Part shown: piece by piece, positions 58,519 to 64,000 of the stretch
Position numbering within the stretch: position 1 is the first letter of the stretch
Layout of the letters: every line of letters starts with the position of its first letter
Assembly: GCA_963676915.2 (NCBI GenBank)
Contig: CAXXVK010000062.1
Coordinates: forward strand, 32,001 to 96,000
DNA: 64,000 nucleotides
Direction: 5' to 3'
DNA from: Myxococcota bacterium
Lineage (GTDB): Bacteria; Myxococcota_A; SURF-8; G963663525
Made by a program: the position numbers and the translations under genes
The notes under the pieces: model-generated
What the model was told of the DNA's origin: nothing
Seen by the model: the letters and a program-made list of their open reading frames with translations, nothing else
The model's database searches: none

Positions 58519-59789
58519 CCGGACCGATGTTTATTGGCGGAAGAACTCCGCAAGTCCTTGATTACGAACAGATTGCCGAGCTGGAAGAAGCCCGGCGTTT
58601 CCTTCATTTTCTCAAACGACCACCACATATTACTTACGGGTTGTTGGGATTGATGGTGGTGTATTTCATCACGACGTTGTTCATGACTCCTTCGATGTTC
58701 GATGCTCTGACACAACCTGAAATGATGACTCCTGCCCTCTTGCGCCTGGGAGCGAAATTTCCTCCACTGATGGAGCAAGGGCAATGGTGGCGAACGATTA
58801 CCGCGTTATTTTTGCACGGTGGTCTGGTGCATCTTCTGCTGAATGGTTTTTCCCTTTACTCCGTGGGAATGATTGCGGAAAACCTGTACGGAAAACCTCG
58901 CTATATTCTGCTTTTTTTTCTAACGGGAGTTTTGAGTATTCTGGCCAGCTACTGGACTTCGGCCAGCATTTCCGTGGGAGCCAGCGGCGCGATTTTCGGA
59001 ATTGTCGGAGCCTTGGCTACCATCGGCCAGATTCGTAAAAAGGTGATTCCCGTTCGCTTTCGAGTGGCTTTCGGACGAAATCTGCTGTTTTTGATCGGAT
59101 TGAACCTCGTGGTGTTGATGGGAGTTCCACGCATCGACCACGCCGCTCACATCGCCGGTTTGCTTGGTGGCGTAGGATTTGCCTTTCTCTTCAAAGACAA
59201 ACTTCTGCCTCCTGTGAAATCGCGCCGCCACATTCTGCGCATTCAGATTTTTTCCGCCACGACAGCCTTGGTCGCAGTCATCGCTTTGTTGTTTGGAGGA
59301 TTGCACGCCGCAGGAAATCAGGCGATGCCATTTCCTGATAATACCGAATACCGGGAGTTGGACGACCTTGGGATTTCCATCGAAGTTCTACCCGGCATGG
59401 AAGAACTTCGCGACACTGCGTTTCCCAACCTCGTCAGTTTCATCGAACCGGGGACGCTTTTTGCCGTCGAAGTCGGCTTGCTGGCACCCCGCTTCGAGGA
59501 TCGACACGAAGCCATGCGCTGGATGCTTGCGACCATGCGTAATCTATATGGAGACAGGTTGCTGAAAATCACGATCGATCCCGTCTCTGACGGCAACCTG
59601 GACGGTCGAAGAGCGTGGGGCTACATTATGGATTATTCCATCAAAGGGCTAGGAGAACGAAAAGAGCAACAGTGGATCGCAACGACAAGCGACAAAACCC
59701 TGTTGTTGACCTGTAGTAGCCCCAACGTTTTGTTTCCTTCAATGGGAACATGGTGCGATTCTATACGACGAAGCGTGACGTATCGGTAA
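58515..59789 (+). CDS. Rhomboid intramembrane serine protease with a C-terminal soluble domain
   Basis: WWRTITALFLHGG..HLLLN, VGASGAIFG, IDHAAHIAGLLGG; about 160-aa extra C-terminal domain. Confidence 0.9.
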   Translation: MTGPMFIGGRTPQVLDYEQIAELEEARRFLHFLKRPPHITYGLLGLMVVYFITTLFMTPSMFDALTQPEMMTPALLRLGAKFPPLMEQGQWWRTITALFLHGGLVHLLLNGFSLYSVGMIAENLYGKPRYILLFFLTGVLSILASYWTSASISVGASGAIFGIVGALATIGQIRKKVIPVRFRVAFGRNLLFLIGLNLVVLMGVPRIDHAAHIAGLLGGVGFAFLFKDKLLPPVKSRRHILRIQIFSATTALVAVIALLFGGLHAAGNQAMPFPDNTEYRELDDLGISIEVLPGMEELRDTAFPNLVSFIEPGTLFAVEVGLLAPRFEDRHEAMRWMLATMRNLYGDRLLKITIDPVSDGNLDGRRAWGYIMDYSIKGLGERKEQQWIATTSDKTLLLTCSSPNVLFPSMGTWCDSIRRSVTYR

Positions 59790-59910
59790 AAGTCCCGAAA
59801 AATCGTCCCTTTTCGCGAACGAATGTGCTACTTTTTTTTGACAGATTTACGCCCGTTCGCCTGTCGGCGTGAGATAATTTTCCTTCGAACCTACGAAAGC
59901 GAACGTTCCA

Positions 59911-60747
59911 ATGCCCCAACCCACCGTCATGGATATTTTGAAAGCGTTGCCGAGAACCAACTGCCGGGAGTGCGGTCAGGCCAGTTGTCTTGCTTTTGCC
60001 GCCATGCTTCAAAAAAGCGAGATTGGTGCGGCGAAATGTCCGTATCTTCCGAAGGGTCAGTTCGATGACATTCAAAAAGAGGAAATTTCTTCCGCTGCCG
60101 AAGAAATGATCGCCCGCCGTGACGAAATCGTGGACGACATGAAAAACAGGATTCGCGCTCTCGATTTCAAGGAAATCGCTCCGAAGCTGGGCGCGGATAT
60201 TTCTGCTGATGGAAATCTCGTGCTTCGTTGTCTGGGACGCAATTTCGAATTGGACTCGCAAGGCGAGTTGCATTCCGAATGTCACGTCAACAACTGGGTC
60301 CATCTGCCGTTGATCAACTACACCGTACGAGGAAAAGGTAAAGATCCGACCGGCAAGTGGGTCAGGTTCGCCCAATTGAAAAACTCCGCCGATTGGATTC
60401 GTTTTTTCGAGCATCGCTGCGAGCGAGGAATGCGAACGTTGGCCGAGAAAACACCGGATCTATTTTTCGATAGTCTGCTCTTGTTTTCCGCACGTCCGGC
60501 GGTTGCAAATTCAGGCGAGGCGTTCGCCCACGCCGATTACGCCGTGGTGCTCGATCCGCTTCCCAAACTTCCCGTGCTGTTGGCTTATTGGAAAGCCGAG
60601 GGAGAGTTCGACTCGACGTTTTCCCTGTTTTTCGACCGTTCTGCTGAGGAAAATCTTGGAGCGGAAGCGATATATATGCTCGTGACCGGTTGGCTGGAAA
60701 TGATGAAGCGCATCATGGCCCGGCACTCGTTCATGGATCGTTCGTAA
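59911..60747 (+). CDS. Fe-S-cluster-domain protein, DUF3786-like
   Basis: LPRTNCRECGQASCLAFA...CPYL, then LINY, PLPKLPV...W..EGEFDS..SLFFD. Confidence 0.75.
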   Translation: MPQPTVMDILKALPRTNCRECGQASCLAFAAMLQKSEIGAAKCPYLPKGQFDDIQKEEISSAAEEMIARRDEIVDDMKNRIRALDFKEIAPKLGADISADGNLVLRCLGRNFELDSQGELHSECHVNNWVHLPLINYTVRGKGKDPTGKWVRFAQLKNSADWIRFFEHRCERGMRTLAEKTPDLFFDSLLLFSARPAVANSGEAFAHADYAVVLDPLPKLPVLLAYWKAEGEFDSTFSLFFDRSAEENLGAEAIYMLVTGWLEMMKRIMARHSFMDRS

Positions 60748-60785
60748 TCAGGCAACCTATTGGAATTCAAGGATAAAACGCTCCA

Positions 60786-61709
60786 TCAGCGATTGATCAA
60801 GACCTCAAATCCCGCCTTTTCGAAATAGCGACACACGGTTGCCAATTGATCAGGGGATAAATCGCCGAAATCTCGGTATCGGTTCCCTCGACCGGTTTTT
60901 TGCCACTTGGATTTTGCAAGACGATTGTAAGGCATCAAGTGAACCGGAGCGCTGTATTTGGTGTCTTTGAGAAAAGTGACAAAGTTTTCAAGGACATCCG
61001 AATCGGTTTGCACACCGGGAATCACGGGGATTCTGGCCAAAACCTTTTCTTTTTCACCTTGAGCGATCAGAAAGCGAAAATTTTCCAGAATTCTTTCGTT
61101 TCCAACTCCCGTCCAGTGTTTATGACCTTCAAAATCGACCCGTTTGAGATCGAACAGAAACAAGTCCACGAGATCGAGGAGTTTTCCCCGTAGTTTTTCG
61201 GAAAAGATACCGCTGGTTTCCAAGGCCGTATGAATTCCCTCATTCCGGCACGCCTGCAAACATGCGATGAGAAAATCCGCCTGTTGAGTGGCTTCTCCGC
61301 CGGAAAACGTCACGCCGCCCCCGGATGTTTCGTAAAACGGCTTATCCTTGAGCACTTCAAGCACGACATCTTCAACAGACAATCGTTTCCCCACGATTTC
61401 CACGGCTTCGTTGGGGCAGTTTTCAGCACAAGTTCCGCAAACGGTACAAAGGTTCGGATGATGTTGAATCCTGCCGGATTCCAAGGAAATCGCGGAATTC
61501 GGACAGGATTCGATGCATATCCCGCAGGATTGACACCGTTCCTCCAGCCATGTGCGTTCGAGGTTCGGCTTCCAGGATTCAGGGTTGTGGCACCAGGCGC
61601 AGGAGAGAGGGCAGCCTTTGAAAAAAACGGTCGTTCGAATTCCCGGACCGTCGAAGGTCGAGTAATTCTGGATATCGAAGACGATCCCCTGCACCTCGCG
61701 GGAGTCCAT
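60786..61709 (-). CDS. Glycyl-radical enzyme activating protein (radical SAM with ferredoxin insert)
   Basis: DGPGIRTTVFFKGCPLSCAWCHNPES, two CxxCxxCxxxC motifs, GGVTFSGGE, RIPVIPG. Confidence 0.92.
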   Translation of the reverse strand: MDSREVQGIVFDIQNYSTFDGPGIRTTVFFKGCPLSCAWCHNPESWKPNLERTWLEERCQSCGICIESCPNSAISLESGRIQHHPNLCTVCGTCAENCPNEAVEIVGKRLSVEDVVLEVLKDKPFYETSGGGVTFSGGEATQQADFLIACLQACRNEGIHTALETSGIFSEKLRGKLLDLVDLFLFDLKRVDFEGHKHWTGVGNERILENFRFLIAQGEKEKVLARIPVIPGVQTDSDVLENFVTFLKDTKYSAPVHLMPYNRLAKSKWQKTGRGNRYRDFGDLSPDQLATVCRYFEKAGFEVLINR

Positions 61710-62097
61710 GGAAATTCCTTTGTTTCATCGTGAAAACGCTTGGTGTATATCATAAAAGATCTTGAAAATTCAAGCGTTTCTGAGTTGTAACGCTTTTTAC
61801 CATGGAAAATTCGCATGTCGGATGATTCTTTACCCGAACATCAGAACGACACTACGGAACAGGAAACGGCTCGTTCGATAGAAAGCCATATTTTGTAAAA
61901 TATCCGTCGTCTAACAAGCAATTCTGCCGGGATATCCGAACGACATCCTGGAAGATACCGACGACAGACCAACCCCGTGATTTTTCACAGGGTTTGACAT
62001 CCACCGTCGAATGGGCGAAAGTGAATGATCTGGTTCGGTACTCCGAAGATTTTTTTTCGGACCCCGGTAAGCAGGACACTACAAACGGAGGAATTCC

Positions 62098-63543
62098 TTG
62101 CGAGACGTACTTTTCATCTTCACATCCGTTTTACTGCTCGTTGTCTGGACAGCCTGTTCGAGTTCGACTTCGTACGCACCGGATTATCTCTTCGATGGGG
62201 ATAACGACACCACGGAATCCGTTGCAGAGGTCGAATGGAACATTGACAACGAACCGCCGGACAATTCATCCATCCCCATCGTCGAACAAGGCGACGAACT
62301 GTTCGTTCATACCTGCAGCGCCGATGCTTCGGACAGTGTACGGGCACCCGCCTGCACGTCCGTAGAAGATTGCGAACGCTGGTGCGAAACTCCCGACAGC
62401 CGCTGGCTTTGTCAGCAAAACCGCTGCTTTTGGCAATGTAGCGGAGACGACTGCGATATGTGCGGCGTCGGCGATGACGAGAAGACGCTCCCCGCCGAAA
62501 CGAAAGCGGCGCGAGATGCCGAACCGAGGATCTATTACGGCTCGGAATCTCCTACGTTGTATAACCTGTCCGCTGGCCAGCAAGACGCCGTGGTTGCGCT
62601 GATGACCCACGGAGGCAATTTCTGCACGGGAACACTCATTCACCCGCAGGTGGTGCTCAGCGCGGCGCATTGCTTCTCGGAAGCCTATTACAAAGCCGTT
62701 GATCCCGAGGACTATTACGTGGGGGTCGGTTCGGACGTGCAAAACCCCACCTACCTGCTCTCTGTGGCAGAAATCATTCCTCACGAAGACTACGACGTCT
62801 ACGGCTCGGGTGCGGGTCACGACATGAGCCTGCTCGTTCTGCAAGATCCGGTGTGGACCGTCTACCCCGAGTTGGAGCCGATTCCCGTCAACGATCGTCC
62901 CTTGGATAACGAGATGATCGGCGACGAGGTACAAACCGTGGGTTACGGCGAAACCCACGACGACAAGTACAACACCCAGCGCTGGTGGACCACCGAATTG
63001 TTTAATGATTTCACCACTTATGCGCTATCGGTCAACGGACAGGGCGAGTCGAGCGTCTGTTACGGCGACTCCGGCGGTCCGGTGATTTACGATTTCGGTT
63101 CCGGTCCTGCCGTGTTGGGAACGGTGTCCTACGGCGATCCGTCCTGCGTGGGAATCGACCATTTTTCCCGCACGGATAACGACATGGAGTGGATCAACCA
63201 AACGCTCGACCGCTTCCCGCTGGGGTGTGGTGACCTGACCGAAACCGGTATCTGCGACGATGGTGTAGCCCGTTGGTGTGAAGATGACCGAGCCATGAGC
63301 GAAGTCTGCACCACGGATCAAGGCACCTGCGGACTCACCGATGACGATCTCAACCGCTGCCTGCCTCCCACCGAATGCGATCTGCTTGGCTACCGTGGCG
63401 AATGCCTGGACGGAGACATCGCCCGCTGGTGCGAGGATGGCGTGATCCGCCAGCGTCGTTGCCTGCCCTGCGATCAGATTTGCGGCTTTTACGACCGCGA
63501 CGTCGGGTTCTACTGCATCGATCCGGCTTATCCAGGGGACTGA
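62098..63543 (+). CDS. Lipoprotein S1 (trypsin-fold) serine protease with Cys-rich flanks
   Basis: SD GGAGG and TTG start; lipobox WTA|C; R|IYYG, CTGTLI..VLSAAHC, HDMSLL, CYGDSGGP. Confidence 0.9.
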   Translation: MRDVLFIFTSVLLLVVWTACSSSTSYAPDYLFDGDNDTTESVAEVEWNIDNEPPDNSSIPIVEQGDELFVHTCSADASDSVRAPACTSVEDCERWCETPDSRWLCQQNRCFWQCSGDDCDMCGVGDDEKTLPAETKAARDAEPRIYYGSESPTLYNLSAGQQDAVVALMTHGGNFCTGTLIHPQVVLSAAHCFSEAYYKAVDPEDYYVGVGSDVQNPTYLLSVAEIIPHEDYDVYGSGAGHDMSLLVLQDPVWTVYPELEPIPVNDRPLDNEMIGDEVQTVGYGETHDDKYNTQRWWTTELFNDFTTYALSVNGQGESSVCYGDSGGPVIYDFGSGPAVLGTVSYGDPSCVGIDHFSRTDNDMEWINQTLDRFPLGCGDLTETGICDDGVARWCEDDRAMSEVCTTDQGTCGLTDDDLNRCLPPTECDLLGYRGECLDGDIARWCEDGVIRQRRCLPCDQICGFYDRDVGFYCIDPAYPGD

Positions 63544-63667
63544 CACAGTAACTTAATGAAATTTAAGAGAAAAATGCATCGATGGACGGGGATTGCATCC
63601 CCGTCCTAACGTTTTCTTCAAGGCAAAACGCGAAGAACAGGATGCAATCCTGCTCCGCTTGTGCCCC

Positions 63668-63979
63668 TTATTTCAGAAGTCCCCCCGAATTCTCCCAAGT
63701 TGTTTGCCCGCCTACATCGACTCGAACATCTACAAACTGGCAATCGCCATCTTTGCATCTTTCAATTTTTGTCTGTTTGCATTCCGAGCTGCCATCTTCA
63801 TGGGCGATACAGTAATACAGTTGTGCAATTTCCTTATCCTTACTGTTAGCCCCCTCATTTTGGTGGACAGTCATCCAGAAACTATTATTCTCTTTCATCG
63901 AATGATGAAAATCAATGTGTGTCCCTCCACAACCGGCTAAGAGAATCGTCAGCACAAAACAAACAATTAGCATCCTCAT
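63668..63979 (-). CDS. Small lipoprotein (103 aa) resembling the 10908-11969 family
   Basis: SD AGGAG; lipobox LAG|C; LYYCIAHEDGSSEC plus a second Cys pair. Confidence 0.8.
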   Translation of the reverse strand: MRMLIVCFVLTILLAGCGGTHIDFHHSMKENNSFWMTVHQNEGANSKDKEIAQLYYCIAHEDGSSECKQTKIERCKDGDCQFVDVRVDVGGQTTWENSGGLLK

Positions 63980-64000
63980 GGTACTCTCCTGTGACAATGA

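Overview
64-kb bacterial window of moderate GC, most like a Myxococcota/deltaproteobacterial genome (inferred from giant Cys-rich lipoproteins, a FrzS/AglZ-type pseudo-receiver coiled-coil protein and a lipoprotein trypsin). Housekeeping genes: recX, kdsC, LptA-like, LpxL-like, GT9, YhaO/YhaN, lysC-lysA-DAP aminotransferase-panC, PNP. Envelope/accessory content: three very large modular surface proteins, a TatT/TatP (TPAT) pair, a Wzy-type polysaccharide cluster with a GH31 lipoprotein, TolC, an antiporter-EIIA fusion, a rhomboid and an orphan glycyl-radical activase. No rRNA, tRNA, CRISPR array, transposase, integrase or reverse transcriptase was recognised. The most unusual element is a compact, terminator-bounded operon of four tiny divergent lipoproteins (10908-11969). 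Each looks like one disulfide-stapled four-stranded beta-propeller blade, and a fifth family member lies at 63668-63979. They may co-assemble into a split propeller or ring (hypothesis). Other notable signals: DNA-level homogenised cassettes at the start of three FGE/CLec domains, two tandem repeat arrays in a FrzS-like protein, a duplicated vicinal-Cys insert in a beta-helix protein, a GTAG-type REP doublet and a possible attenuator upstream of lysC. Region ~24000-27600 has many frameshifts that are probably sequencing errors. All family assignments are by eye from remembered motifs; no searches were run.
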